NCBI GenBank assembly: GCA_003427395.1 | Contig: BFEA01000002.1 | Location: 2,449,022 to 2,511,026, forward strand | Direction of reading: 5' to 3' | DNA: 62,005 bases | DNA from: Chara braunii | Lineage: Eukaryota; Plantae; Charophyceae | Shown: positions 48,776 through 62,005 of the stretch, piece by piece | How positions within the stretch are numbered: the first letter of the stretch is position 1 | How the letters are laid out: each line of letters starts with the position of its first letter | Program-made: the position numbers and the translations under genes | The notes under the pieces: model-generated | The model's input: only the letters and a program-made list of their open reading frames with translations | Told to the model about the DNA's origin: nothing | The model's database searches: none

Positions 48776-51069
48776 TATTATGACATGTGGCAGAGTTGAC
48801 AGTCCACTCTGTATAAGGGGAGCCCAGCCAAAGGTCTACCTTTTCTTTGAGCCCTGACTTAGGGCTAGACTCGGACTTAGCTGGCTACCAGAAGGTTAGA
48901 TGGGACCACCATATAAAAGATAGTTTGTATAAGGCTTACAGGTTTAGTCTTGGGTGTTGACCTGTCTTATGTTACAGGCCGGCTTGATCAGTCTGATTCA
49001 GGACTTGGGCTAGTTCAGCTTGATCCTACCAGAATCATCATCTGTTATCACTGATAATAGGCCGGTTGCCGATTCGTCGGTTTACGATTCAACTCCAATT
49101 CCGTCCTACCACTCAACCTAAAGGCTTTAGCCTTGTGATTGAACTGTTTTGTTGTGTTTTCACCCGGACTTTATTGAATGGCCATCCAACAAAAGTACTG
49201 AGTATTTATTTGAGAGTTGCACGAGTGAGGCTTGTATGGCTAAAGCGAGGGGTATGAGTGCAAGGAATGGTTGAAGTTGACCCCGTGTAGTGCTTGGACT
49301 TCTGGATGAATCTTTGATGTGATTGCAGGTATGGTTGTGGTTCGGCTTCTGGGTGTGACTGTCTGCGATTACATACATATATGGTTGAGAGGAGCCCCAC
49401 TATGACTGTGAGAAGTGATCGTCCTAAACGAATAAGCCTTATGTATATATTTATATGTGCCTTGGGTATGCGCACGACTTACTGAGATCGTGCGCAAGGG
49501 TCAACCAGGTTGTGATTTGAGAGGAAAGGGGGATCCCCCTTTTATCCTTTTGCTTTTTAGAGGTTTTTATAGTCGGACGTTGGTCCTGGGCCGGGATTCA
49601 AGGTCCTTGTCCAGGACACCTCAAACCCTAGACTCTGCAGGGAAGGAATCTGCCCCCGTGCAGAGCCTATTTGCCTTGCCTACCGAGACGCTCAGACCAA
49701 AGGCCGGAGGTCTCGCGGCGGTTGCACGACTATTCCTTCAGCCATGCAATGTCGTGAAGGATTAAACCCTCACGACACTTCGAGTTTGACACTTGAGTGT
49801 CATAAGCGGTACTCGGATCCACGAGGGACCGCTTGATTATTGGCACTACATAGTACGTCATCATTGCGACTGCTTGCGTACGCTTGCATTGCGAGTCGAT
49901 ATGAGTTAGCCCTCCGTCCGCGGGGTTTTATACTGAGTCTCACGCGCGACGCCTATTCGATTTCCGCATCGGAAAGTTATGGGACGGCTACTGAAGGGAC
50001 AAGGAGCGTTGTCGCGTTGTTTGTGTTGTGTCGTGTTGTATATACGTGTGTGTGTGTTTTATTTTTGTGTTCGTAAAGTGGTGTGCACATGGTGCGTGGG
50101 ATGCGTCCTAGTCGACCGACGTCGAGCCGCGCTTGGGACTTCAGCCCCCCAAGATGTCGGTTCGCGTGCGGGTCCGACAGGCGTATTACCGCACGTACCC
50201 CCTATGCTACAACGAACGAGAAACGTCCTTGGCTGGTCCACCAGTTGCGATTGCAACTGATTAACTTTCGTACTGTGGACTGGTAGCTCGGTAGGGATAC
50301 GCCCACCGAAGGGAGGTGACAGCTCCCGTAAGGTGGAGGTAAGTTGTGCCTCGCGTAGGCCCTATCCTGTCGTAGGGGCTCGCAAGAGGTATGGCTGGCG
50401 CACTCGGCCGGAGCGGCCTAAGGAAGCTCCATTTGTGTGTTCGCAAGGTTGGTCCAAACTCCTGCGTGACGCGGCCGAGAGGGTCCCGCGCTGCCACGTG
50501 CGGTGCCGGACCGATGCGCGCGACAAACCCACCCGCCTCCACGTGATTTAGGGAAAACCACTTCCACTAATCTGCACCTTCTCACAAGGAAACCCCACTG
50601 CCCACTATAATGGCGTTTCTACACAGCAGTGTGATGCCCCAACCTCACGCCCGGCGCGACTTCCTGATCAGAGCGTGAGTGGGCCTAGAAGTGCGAAAGG
50701 GGGTGTGCGAAATATTTTAGGAAAGTGGGGGTGGAGTCTCAGGTCGGAACTGAGATCTCCTGTGGCAAGTTTCAGGGATATGAATGCAAGAGGATAGACG
50801 TGGGTCGAAGTCCGCTTCTATGCTTCTTAGCATGGGGCTACCTCCTCTGTGGATTCCGTTTTCTGGGTTGGACTCGTATTTGGTACACCATTGGAATGCT
50901 ATGGCTATCGCGCTGTCCGATTATTTGTTGGCGTTGTATGTTACCTGTCTCAGAATCTGATGCGGCCGGCCTTAGTCGAAGGTTGCATTCTTCCTCCGAG
51001 CGGGTTCGCCAGATGAAGCCGGAGGCTCGGTACCCGCGGTCTTGCTAGCACTCCGAGCACGGGGGTTGA

Positions 51070-51759
51070 GGCCAATACGGAGCGATTGTGTGTCAGGGGA
51101 TGATGGTCAGCGAATGGAAGGGCAGTATGAGGTGGTAGGGAGGGAAGTCGGTTTCCATAATAATTATTCTCGGTTTCGCGACAAGGTGGCACGTGTACGA
51201 GCAGGGGAATTCAAGGTGGTGGGGAATGCGCTCTGGAGCTCGGTCGATATCCCACTCGCAAATACGTTCGTTTCCCACCGGATATGGAAATTCAGGAAAT
51301 TCTTTCCTTGGTCGTACAGACAAACACTTGTGCTGCCAATACTCTAGGAATTCCTGATCCCTCAGACACTCGCGATCAAACTAACATTTTGTTAAAACTG
51401 ACATTTTTGTCTAAATTCACGAAATCGAGCGTAACAAAAAACATTATTTTTAAGGGTTTTTTGAACTTTTTTGTTCCCATGACGTCGGATGATCAGATCA
51501 TCGGGTGTCGTGGCAACTCCCAATGATCTGATCATTGAATGTATGTTAACGGTACTTTACGTTGAGGTACATCAGATGGACAAAGTGAGATAACCACTTT
51601 CTCACCCAAGGAGCAATGAAATTTTGACTAAGTCCACTTCGTGAATTTAGAAAACAATGTCAGTTTTAACGAAATGTCAGTTGTCAGTAATACGAAAAGG
51701 AAGTTCGATATTCATGCTGCGGAGTGAGGCAGAAACTCAGTCATTCGAAAAGTTGGACC
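51070..51759. mobile_element. ~690-bp insertion (MITE-like) present only in copy 1 of the tandem duplication
   Basis: Absent at 54540 (GGGGGTTGGGGCGAGTAC). Internal ~45-bp inverted repeat at 51383-51425 and 51636-51678. Confidence 0.75.
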
Positions 51760-52253
51760 GAGTACAGACTCTGCAGACACACGTGTAGGCCACGCCCGTC
51801 CAGTCGGGCTTATACATGCGTGCACAAGGCCTGCCCTTCGGTCCGATGGACAAAGACAAATGACCCTCGTCTCGTACGTGTTGACCCGTTAACCGAAGGT
51901 GGATAGTCCTACCGCAAGACGACATCTGGTCATTTAGCACGCATATTTAATTCATACAGAAAAATACCCATCATCCATGCGTTCAGATTCATGCATACAT
52001 AAACAAAAAAAAGTGACAATCGTTCATGCCTCAAGATCGTACAAAATTCAATCGTAGGTGATTAACCAAGCCATGGGGCCCATCCATATGGAGGGAGGAG
52101 CAAGGTGGGAGAAACAATCATACATTAATCATTAGAGACAAATAAAGAAAAGATCTGAGATGCCGATCGAGGGACGCAAACTTAAGGCATCTTGCGCCAG
52201 ATACCAAAATTACTCAGAAGATAGAAGAGGACAACACCATAATACACCCCGTT

Positions 52254-52311
<58 letters not shown>

Positions 52312-52313
<2 letters not shown>

Positions 52314-52349
52314 GTCTCTTATACACATCTAGATGTGTATAAGAGACAG
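52312..52349. other. Nextera mate-pair junction adapter (artefact)
   Basis: Exact CTGTCTCTTATACACATCT+AGATGTGTATAAGAGACAG. Confidence 0.99.
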
Positions 52350-52525
52350 GCCATGGGGCCCATCCATATAGAGGGAAGAACAAAGTGGGAGAAGCAATCA
52401 TGCATTAATCATTAGAGACAAATAAAGAAAAGATCTGAGATGCCGATCGAGGGACGCAAACTTAAGGCATCTTGCGCCAGATACCAAAATTACTCAGAAG
52501 ATAGAAGAGGACAACACCATAATAC

Positions 52526-52563
52526 CTGTCTCTTATACACATCTAGATGTGTATAAGAGACAG
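52526..52563. other. Nextera mate-pair junction adapter (artefact)
   Basis: Same exact 38-mer. The 52350-52525 segment between the adapters duplicates ~52070-52245. Confidence 0.99.
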
Positions 52564-55052
52564 CTCCACAGTATCCAGATGCAGGCAGTCCATCGCCCCG
52601 CATCCACACAGAGTTGTCACCCCGCTTAGTTCGAGCATGCACGGCATATTCGCCCGTGCGCCACAGTCCATCGCAGCCGCACGTCAACCCCACACACCCT
52701 ACACCAGCTCGTGGGATCGCCCAATTCTCCACTCACCTTCCAAATCTCGCTCGTTAGCCGATCCTCTAGACCGCGCTAACTTCCCGAAGTGTTAGAGAGA
52801 CAATTAATCGCGCTTGTGGAATTTATAGCATGCATGCTTGCGCGAGATACCCGGGGTTGGGGCTAAGTGGAAAAAGAAGGATAAGGAAGTGCCTACGTCT
52901 GCACGGTCAGGCCGGGGCGTGGGGGACGTAGGCTCACTTCACACATCGATTATAATGGACCTTTGGTTGGCCTGTGAGACCAGCCCCTTGGCCTGTTCTC
53001 ACATGCATGTGTTGTATTTGGGGTAGTCCAGTCCAGGCTCGTACTTCTGTCAGTATCAGCCAGTCCAGTCCAGTTCAGTCAGTCCGCTGGGGTATACCCA
53101 AGCCAAAGTCTGTCACACACGTTTGGAGTACGTGCGTTGGAGTCTCGCGTGAGAGCTGCGTTGTGCCATCTTGCTCCATTCTCATCCTCCATCTTCATCT
53201 CTATCCCAGGCGGAGCACCACACCTGGTGGGTCCGCCACACTGATAGCGGGTCCCGGAATGTTTCCGTTCCCACCCATCCCACCGTGCACCGTGAAAAAA
53301 CGGTGTAAAACACGATATCGGGTTTTTGGGTGTTTTTCAGGCGGTTTTCGATGAAAACAATGGGAAAAAAACGTGAGCAAAAGGTGCAGCAGCAAGGAGT
53401 GTCACGTGGCGAGAAAAGACAAGCGGCGTCATGATGTGTGCGTGAAGGCCAAGGTCGCCACACACGCACACGCACGCCCCACATGCACACGCTGCCCCGC
53501 TGGCCCACCCCACCCCGCTCCCAAATTATTTATTATCAAGATCTGGGATGTTGCAACTGCCAAGGTTTCAAACCTGGGCAGCTGCTGGCCATGCGCCACC
53601 TCTATAACACACTGGCCACAGTGTAAAGCGGCACGCTGCTGTTGAAGACGTGTCGTGCCAACTATTAACATGAACTCCCACCATGATGTTGTTTTCACTA
53701 ACTAGGTAATTACCCTACCACCCGCACGGCAGGGGCTAAAAAGCCCTGCAAAACCCACCCACGTTCTTGCGATTTAGGGTAAGCCTCTCCCTCAATCTAC
53801 ATACACCCCCGACGGATGCTTCGCCTCCCTCCATGATGAAGCCCCTGTGGAGCAATGCTCACCACTTCTCCTTAAGAATTCAAATGACATCAAACAGCAA
53901 CCGATTAAGATGAAATGAATATCTAACCCAAATTCAACGTCTCAACGGTAATAGCCTACCTCCCGCGCAGCAGGGGTCAAAGACCCCGCAACCCACCCGC
54001 CTCCACATGATTTAGGGAAAACCACTTCCACTAATCTGCACCTTCTCACAAGGAAACCCCACTGCCCACCATAATGGCGTTTCTACAGAGCAGTGTGATG
54101 CCCCAACCTCCCGCTCGGCGCGACTTCCTGATCGGAGTGTGAGTGGGCCTGAAAGTGCGAAAGGGGGTGTGCCAAATATTTTAGGAAAGTGGGGGTGGAG
54201 TCTAAGGTCGGAACTGAGATCTCCTGTGGCAAGTTTTAGGGATATGAATGCAAGAGGATAGGCGTGGGTCGAAGTCCGCTTCTATGCTTCTTAGCATGGG
54301 GCTACGGCCTCTGTCGATTCCATTTTCTGGGTTGGACTCGTATTTGGTGCACCATCGGAACGCTATGGCTATCGCGCTGTCCGATTATTTGTTGACGTTG
54401 TATGTTACCGGTCTATGAATCTGATGCGGCCGGCCTTAGCCGAAGGTTGTGTGCCCGACGTTCTTCCTCCGAGCGGGTTCGCCGGATGAAGTCGGAGGCT
54501 CGGTACTCGCGGTTTTGCCAGCACTCCGAGCACGGGGGTTGGGGCGAGTACAGACTCTGCAGACATGCGTGTAGGCCACATCCTTCTAGTCGAATTTACA
54601 CATGCATGCACAAGGCCCGCCCTTCGGTGCGATGAACAAAAACCAATGACCTGCGTCTCGTACGTGCTGACCCGTTACCCGAAGGTGGATAGTCCTACCG
54701 CGAAACGACATCTGATCATCTAGCATGCCTATTTAATTCAGACAGAAAAATACCCATCATCCATGCGTTCAGTTTCATGCATACATAAACAAAAAGAAGG
54801 TGATAATCGTTCATGCCTCAAGATCGTACAAACTTCAATCGTAGGCGATTAACCAAGCCATGGGGCCCATCCATATAGAGGGAGGAGCAAGGTGGGAGAG
54901 ACAATCATACATCAATCATTAGAGACAAATAAAGAAAAGATCCGAGATGCCGATCGAGGGACGCAAATTTAAGGCGTCTTGCGCCACATACCAAAATTAC
55001 TCAGAAGATAGACGAAGACAACACCATAATACACCCTGTTTCTCTCTCTCTT

Positions 55053-55128
<76 letters not shown>

Positions 55129-56379
55129 CCTCTCTCTTTTTTTCTTCATAGTATCCAGATGCAGGCAGTCCATCGCCTCACACCCACACAGAATTGTCAC
55201 CCCGCTTACTCCGAGCACGCACGACATGTTCGCTCGTGCGCCACAGTCCATCGCAGTCGCACGTCAACCCCACACACCCGGCACCAGCTCGTGGGATCGC
55301 CCAATTCTCTACTCACCTTCCAAATTTCACTCATTAGCCGATCCTCTCGACCGCGCTAACTTCCAGAAGTCTTAAAGAGACAGTTAATCGCACTTGCGGG
55401 ATTTATATTATGCATGCTTACGCGAGATACCTGGGGTTGTGGCTAAGTGGAAAAAGAAGGAGAAGGAAGTGCCTACGTCTGCACGGCCAGGCCGCGGCGT
55501 GGGGGACGTAGGCTCACTCCACACATTGATTATAACGGACCTCTGGTTGGCCTGTGAGACCAGCCCCTTGGCCTGTTCTCACATGCCTGTGTTGTATTCG
55601 GGGTAGTCCAGTCCAGGCTGGTACCTCTGTCAGTATCAGCCAGTCCAGTCCAGTCCAGTCCAGTTCAGTCAGTCCGCTGGGGTATACCCCAGCCAGAGTC
55701 TGTATTTCGGATCATTCTGCATTCGCACAGTTTGGAGTACGTGCGTTGGAGTCTCACGTGGGAGCTGCATTGTGCCATCTTGCTCCACTCTCATCCTCCA
55801 TCTTCATCTCTATCCCAGGCGGAGCACCACACCTGGTGGGTCCGCCACACTGATCGCGGGTCCCGAAACGTTCACGTTCCCACCCATCCCACCATGCACC
55901 GTGTAAAACGGGTATAAACCCGATACCGGGTTTTTCGGTTTTTTTTCGGGCGGTTTTCGATGAAAACAATGGGGAAAAAAGGTGAGTAAAATTTGAAGCA
56001 GCAAGGAGTGTCACGTGGCGAGAAAACACAAGCGGCGTCACGATGTGTGCGTGAAGGCCAAGGTCGCCGCACACGCACACGCACGCGCCACATGCCCGCG
56101 CTGCCCCGCTGCCCCACCCCACCCCGCTCCCAAATGATTTATTATCAAGATCTGGGATGTTGCAGCTGCCAGGGTTTCAAACCTGGGCAGCTGCTGCCCA
56201 TGCGCCACCTCTATAACACACTGGCCACAGTGTGCATGGCCTGGTAAGGCGACACGCTGCTGTTGAAGACGTATCGTGCCAGCTATTTAACCCCCTCCCC
56301 CCACGACGGTGGGGAGACACCGTGGCTGCTGCTGCCTGTGGCCATACTCATCTGCAATGCCACGTGGCTGCCTGTTATG

Positions 56380-59300
56380 GACCGTAAAGACCCCCTGATT
56401 AGGGGCTGCTCTACAGTGGTGAGGGTCTGCTCACACAACACACCCTGGATCTGCAGTGTTGTTGCTAGGGGCTAATGAAGATCTCAGCCCCCTCCCTCCT
56501 CGAGTTGGCTTGATGCAGTGAAGGCCAAGACCCTCCTGGTCTTGGTATACCTTGTGCCCTTGGAAACACCAGGGGTCAGGTATCACCTCTCTCTTCCCTC
56601 CCCCTACTAATCCTCTGTCTCTACCTTTTTCTCTTTCCTCTTACTCACCCCGTCTACTTCTTCCTGTTCTACCTCATTCATTTCCTTCTAATCATTCTCA
56701 CTACTCATACCCCTCTCCCCACCCCACCTTTTCTCCCACCACCCACTATTTTACTCTATTTATTCATTTATTTTATTTTCTTTCTCCTCTTTTCTCTTTG
56801 CTTCTTGATCCCTCTCCACCTTTCTCATCCCTTTCTCTCTCATTCTCTCCCCCAACTACAACCCCATCACTTCCCCCATCTCCCCCTTCACTCTTTTCTT
56901 CTCTCTTGCCTATTTCTCTCTTTTCTCCGTCATTTTTTCATCCCCCCTTCCCCCCAACTTCGAATTTTTTTTGTTTTTCTTCTTTTTATCTTTCTTTTGA
57001 TTTATATTTTCTCTTTTTGTCAAAAAATTCGAATTACCTTCTACCTTCTTTTCTCATTTCTTGATTTATTTCATTTTCAGTTTATTTATTCTGAAAATTC
57101 AAATATCCTTGCAGCACCCTTAAATCTGATTAGGAAGTAGTTATTTTTGCTTTCGGCACACATTTTGACCCCGTAGGGGTAACGATGTGCTGCCGAAATT
57201 TTATCATTTTACTTAGCATTTCTTCTTGACGACACACTTCGACCCCATGGGGGTAACAAAATGTTGTCGAAAGTTTTGAAAAATCCAATACGTAATTTTT
57301 CTTCACCTCCTCATCTACTTATTTATTTATTTATTTTCTGAAATTTTAATTTGCGGCATTTTGAAACTTAGTGTGCTTATCTTGGTCTCTCCTTTCCCTT
57401 GGCACATTCTTGACCCCATGGAGGATAGGGAAATGCTAACGAAAATTCCAAAAAAATAAATATTATTTCTCTCTTCACACTTTGTTTCGTTATTTTTTTA
57501 ATTATTTTTATTATTTATTTATTTATTTATATTTTTTTCTCAAAATTTCACTGTTTATTTATTTTTCCTTCCGCCTCCTGATTAGGTCACCGGTATCCTA
57601 CCCTAACCACTCAAACTATGGTAAGGGTTTTCTTAGGGTTTTTCTAGGGTTTACGGGTTTTCCTAACCCCCCCTACTTCCCCTTTCCATTCGGGCACCTT
57701 GGACTCGAGCCACCCTTGCCCCTTTGCGGGCGCCCGCGCTCGACTCACTAGCGTCGCCCGTCGCTTTCTACCGCAGACCCCCCCCTACGCCTTCCGCTCA
57801 CGCGGACCTCCTCTAGTCCCTTCCAGTCCGGCCCGTTACCTCCCCATGGCCGACGACGTGTCACAAACCGCCGATGAGGCAACGACCTCGGCACCGGGCT
57901 CCATACCCAGGGCCATCAGCCCAGGGGGATCTGCACACCCTCCTCACCTCCCTCCTTGCACCCTTACAGGCATAGGTGGCAACTCTTGCTGCTGGCCTGC
58001 GGCAACTCCAAGACCGTGGTCGTCCCTCCTCTCCCCATTCTCTCTCTTTCCCTGGCTCCTAGTCCCGGTCCCCCGTCCTCCGACATGGTGGCCACGACAG
58101 AGCTTCCTCCTCCGCTGTCCACGCTCTTAGCATGACGGGCACCACGGACCAGACCTTCCCTCATTCTATGGGCGCACTCGCCCAGACTCCGGTCACTACG
58201 GCCACGAGACCCCAACCCTCTGCCGCGGTCTCAGCTTTTCCGGGCGCCCCGCTTCTCCCTCCCCTTCGCACGACCGTAGCGCCAACTGACTGAGAGTCTC
58301 CCCCCTGTGGGATGCCCCGCGCCGCTCGTGCGTCCACTTCCCCCACTCTTCCTCCTGCCACTCCTCGCTTGATCTACGTTCGACGTCTTGAGGATGAGCT
58401 TGTCTAGACCTGGGCCAACCTCGCCCTCTTACGCCTTCAACCACCCCTACCCTCATAGGTGGCCGTGCCTTCGGGCGCACCCCTTTCTTCCTCTACTCTT
58501 CTATCCATGCAGGCTCGCTTCCTCCACCCTGCACCCCCTCCACCCCCATCCTACTCTTTCCTACTCCCTCGGCTGCTGCGACCTCTTCTATCGTAGCTCC
58601 CTCGCAGCTTGCCGCTGTTGCCCCCGCCGCTCCACCATGCAGCCCGAGCATACAATCAGTTGCGCCCCCTTCTCCAGGACCTATGCCGACTTACTCGGCC
58701 GTAGCGCAGACCAATACTCCTCGATCTCCTCGCCACCAAAATAGTCGCACACCACTCGTCCGCTTGACGGACATTCTCTTGTATGATGACACAGGGATAC
58801 GAGTGTCTCGGTGGCTGCAATCTGCCACCCGCACGCTCCAGCTCATGGTCGTCCCACCCGACACGTGGGTGACTCACCTCTCCACGCGCCTGCACGACGG
58901 TTCTTTCGACGCCTAGAAAGATTTCTACACTCACTCCCTTCGTGAGGGTCGGACTCCGACCTTCATGGATTTTCAGGCATTCCTCGAGGATCATTTCGGA
59001 GCCCAACATGACGTGACTGGCGCCTTCAAGTGAGTCGTTACTACACGCTGGTCCGTCTCTGGTGGCGCTGCTGGCCTGGACCGCCACATCCAGGTCTTTC
59101 AGGACGCCCGCCTCATTTGTGATGTGGTGTTCCTCCCCGAGGTTGCCCTCATCAATCGTTTCTTGACCAACCTTCCCCTTTAGAACCGCTCCGAGTTATG
59201 GCGGTATGAGTTCACATCGGCCTTGCAGGCTTACGAGGCCGCCAGGGCCCATCAGCAGATGCGGGCTCGTTTTCAACCCACTTCCTCCTCCCAACCTCGA

Positions 59301-60191
59301 CGTACTGGTTACGCTCTCTCCTTCTCTCACGACACTTGCCACTGGCAGCGCCATTCTCCTTTCCACGGTCGTCCCCGCCGTTTCCCGCAGCAAACCTGTC
59401 ACTTCTCGCGTCGCTTCAACGCGCTCGAGTATGGTGAGCAGGACGTTGTTGCCCCGCCGTCGCCTGAGGGTGACCATAGCGATGAGGCGAGGCCGTCTAC
59501 CACCACCTAGAGGACTCTACCCTCCCTATAGCCGAACGACTCCAGCTCGCCCTTTCCACCCTCTACCGGGCACGCAGCCGCTCTGGTCACGCTGGCCCAT
59601 CGCCCCCCGAGGTCTGCGTTACCGCTCGCTAGTTGAGCGAGGGGTCGGAGCTCAAATTTTTTAGCTCCGCTCAATCCCGTGCTCGAAAGCGCTTAAGCGA
59701 GGTTTGAGCAGGCGCGATAATTTTTTCCCCCCCAAAAAGAATGAGCAAAAAAAATACAAAATATAAAGGGTTGTAGATATTTTTGAGATCTACAACACTG
59801 CGTTTTTTATTTTATTTTTTGAGCCTCTCCTATATTTTAAAAAAATCAAAAACGAAAAGAAAGAAAATAATAAAACAGAAACAATATGAAATTGGTGGGT
59901 TTTTCGTTTTTTTCACAGAGATTGTTTTGCAGGCAAACAATTAACAGAATACATAATAAAAAATGTAGTGTTGTAGATATTTTAGAAATCTACGACCCTA
60001 TATTTTTTATTATATTTTTTATAAGTTCGTATATATTTAAAAAAATAAAAAACATAAAAACGAGAAAAAAAGACACACAGATCCCGCCCAGGCCGGACCT
60101 GCCGACACTGACACACATGAACACACACACACGCCCGCGCAGACACACACACACACACACACATATACACATATACACACACAGAGAGAGA

Positions 60192-60234
<43 letters not shown>

Positions 60235-61815
60235 CCACCACCTTCCCCACCCAGCCCCTTTCCCCCCCCCAAAAATCACCCCCCACCACCCGACTTTTTT
60301 TTTGTGCGCAACCGCCCCCACGACATCCCCTGCCTTCGCGCAACCCCATGGTGCACGCGCTCTTTTTTTTTTACCAGCGCTTTGAGCGCGGCAGGGGGGT
60401 CTTTAAGCGCGCGCGCTCGCGCTCACGCGCGCTCAAACGGTTTCATAGCCCGAGGTCCCTCAGCAGGACCTCCCTCAGGGCTTTGTCCCTCCTCGCGGTG
60501 GCCTTTCCGCTGAGGAGCGCGCGACCATTTTGGGCCGGCGTGGGTGTTTGCGATGTCGCTAGGACGGTCATACCTCCTCGCGGTGCCCTTACACCACCGC
60601 CCTCGACCGCCACTACGCTGAGCTCTCTCGCCAGCGTCGTGCTCAGTCCCCCCGATGCGCCTCACCTCCCCGCGGCGCCTCCTAGCCACGATGCAGTGTA
60701 CGACTACGCCCTCCTCAGTAGTTGGCTTTCCGACATCTCCGTCTCGGTTTGCCCTCTCACTACTGGAGTTGAGGTATCGCAGGACCCGACAAAGTGTACT
60801 CATCCCTCTGTCGCAGTACCGTCTGCGTCTCCGCGGACCTCTGTCTCCCCTCCTACCTCTCAGCAACTACCGACACGTCGAGCCATTCGCTCAGCCCGTT
60901 GCAGTGAGCAGCTTGCAACTCGCGAGGACGTTGTGTCCTCCCATCGGGACTTGAGCATGCTCCAGGCTCGTCAGGAGCGACTCACCCTCCATGTCGCTGC
61001 ACTGAGTCGTCTTCTTGCCATCCTCTATGACCCTAATCGCACCCTCCCGATCATTCCAGTACGACTGGGGACCTCCACGAGGGTGTACTCAGCGTTGTGC
61101 GATTTCGGTTCTAAGGCAACTTCATTCACCCACGTGTGGTGAGAGAAGCCCGCTTAGCCAAAACACAAGACCTAGCGCTTTTTCGATCAGACGGTTACTG
61201 ACCTCCCTTTCTTCCTCACTTTCGAGTCGACTGATCGTCCTCCTCCGTCTCATCGCCACTGCTCCTCTTCACATTTCGACGTGATGGAGACGGGGTACAA
61301 TTTTATTCTAAGTACTCCGTGGTCTCGTAGGTTCCATAGCACCAAGGTCAATTCAGCGACCAACACTCTCGTTCACAGAACGAGGTGTGGACAGGCGTAT
61401 CGCGTACCTTTTATAGTTACCACCGCGACACCACGCCCCGATCCTTGTCCCCCGGAGCTTTCCATGCCCACACCATCTCCTACTATCACCGTCACCTCGC
61501 CTCGGCCGTTCGCCCATTGCACTTCATCCGATAAGACGACGTCACTTTCTTTACGGTGAAAGTTAAGGATCTCTTGCACAATAATCCACCCTGTCCAAAT
61601 GCCCACCTCATCTCTTTGGAGCCAGATCCTCCTTCTATCTCCATGGCTTCCATCTCTACTTCCTTCCCCCCGTTGTACGTCAAGTCCACCCCACCGTCGT
61701 GCGCTGACACTGTCGCTGAGGAACTCGCACACTATACGGCCTATGAAACACCCGCGGACGCGTCCGCGGTGTCGAGCTCGGATGGCAGCCGACCTCGTCC
61801 GCGCCACAGAGGCAA
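56380..61815 (+). mobile_element. Decayed Ty3/gypsy 5' half: short LTR, PBS, leader, gag, zinc knuckle, aspartic protease
   Basis: GGTATCA (Met-i PBS-like) at 56579. Gag start MADDVSQ at 57846. Gag-like DFQAFLEDHFG and LINRFLTNLP (58966-59180). CLRCR*DGHTSSRC knuckle (~60545-60586). Protease motifs ALCDFGS (~61092) and FILSTPW (~61302). Confidence 0.8.
59614..60448. mobile_element. hAT-type MITE inserted in gag
   Basis: 8-bp TSD CCCGAGGT (59606-59613, 60449-60456). Ends CTGCGTTACC / GGTTTCATAG. Subterminal GAGCG/CGCTC repeats. Confidence 0.85.
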
Positions 61816-62005
61816 ATTTACCATATTTTTCCTGAATTAAATAATGGGTAAAACAAATATATATATATGGGGTTGTACGGATTTCTAATCCCTCTCACCC
61901 CGTATTTGTTTTTTTGGAAATAGATAAGTTTTTAGAATTATAAAAAATAAAAAACAGAAAAGGTGAAGAAGATAAATTAAAAAAAAAAAAAAAAAAAAAA
62001 ATTGG

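Larger units (their letters stand above)
45724..50525 (-). mobile_element. 5' half of a decayed LTR retroelement: LTR, PBS-like site, long leader, Q/P-rich gag-like start
   Basis: Terminus GCGCGCGACA at 50525. TGGGGCTCC PBS-like motif on minus at ~49391-49399. GCTGCCGAAATTT leader repeats. Minus frame QLIQPIPQSHNYPQQILQQPVPV and a 66-bp (in-frame) duplication at 45808/45874. Confidence 0.55.
42300..56295. repeat. Tandem duplication of a ~3 kb non-coding element; copy 1 (42300-53667) is split by the 42896-50525 block, copy 2 is 53668-~56290
   Basis: 42597-42895 matches 53668-53987, and 50526-53667 matches 53990-56287. The uninterrupted site AAGACCCCGCAACCCACCCG is at ~53980. Confidence 0.9.

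Noticed and set aside
52312-52563. Tn5/IS50 transposon ends
   Set aside because: This is the synthetic mosaic-end sequence in the back-to-back Nextera junction layout.
57600-57670. Interstitial telomere
   Set aside because: Only a few degenerate TAGGGTTT/CCCTAA units, common in plant retroelement leaders.
59886-61142. 418-aa ORF as a gene
   Set aside because: It runs through MITE microsatellites and then off-frame or decayed gag-protease; only the C-terminal protease motif is meaningful.

Overview
Repeat-saturated eukaryotic nuclear DNA with no intact host gene. A mitochondrial atp9 fragment with a group II intron after nt 145, a plastid-type 16S piece and a plant-type U6 piece point to a streptophyte, probably a charophyte alga such as Chara (inference). 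Contents: a decayed ~9.5 kb L1-like LINE (+); four hAT MITEs with exact 8-bp TSDs; Harbinger-like MITEs; two decayed LTR retroelement 5' halves; a three-level nest of solo LTRs; two copies of a ~3 kb element in tandem; organellar insertions; assembly gaps; two Nextera junction adapters (artefacts). Most notable: (1) ten RNA-type hairpins at 47.33-48.17 kb with a near-invariant 21-nt apex and covarying, unit-specific stems, in a retroelement leader; (2) type III hammerhead ribozymes, two 154 nt apart and a third starting at the cleavage site inside a (TA)n tract; (3) a ~3.3 kb solo-LTR-like element with two intact orphan ORFs, each starting right after a splice acceptor; (4) an LTR family built from rearranged, partly inverted LSU rRNA; (5) a patchwork of tRNA-like, U6 and hammerhead modules at 21.5-23.0 kb. 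All alignments and folds were done by eye.
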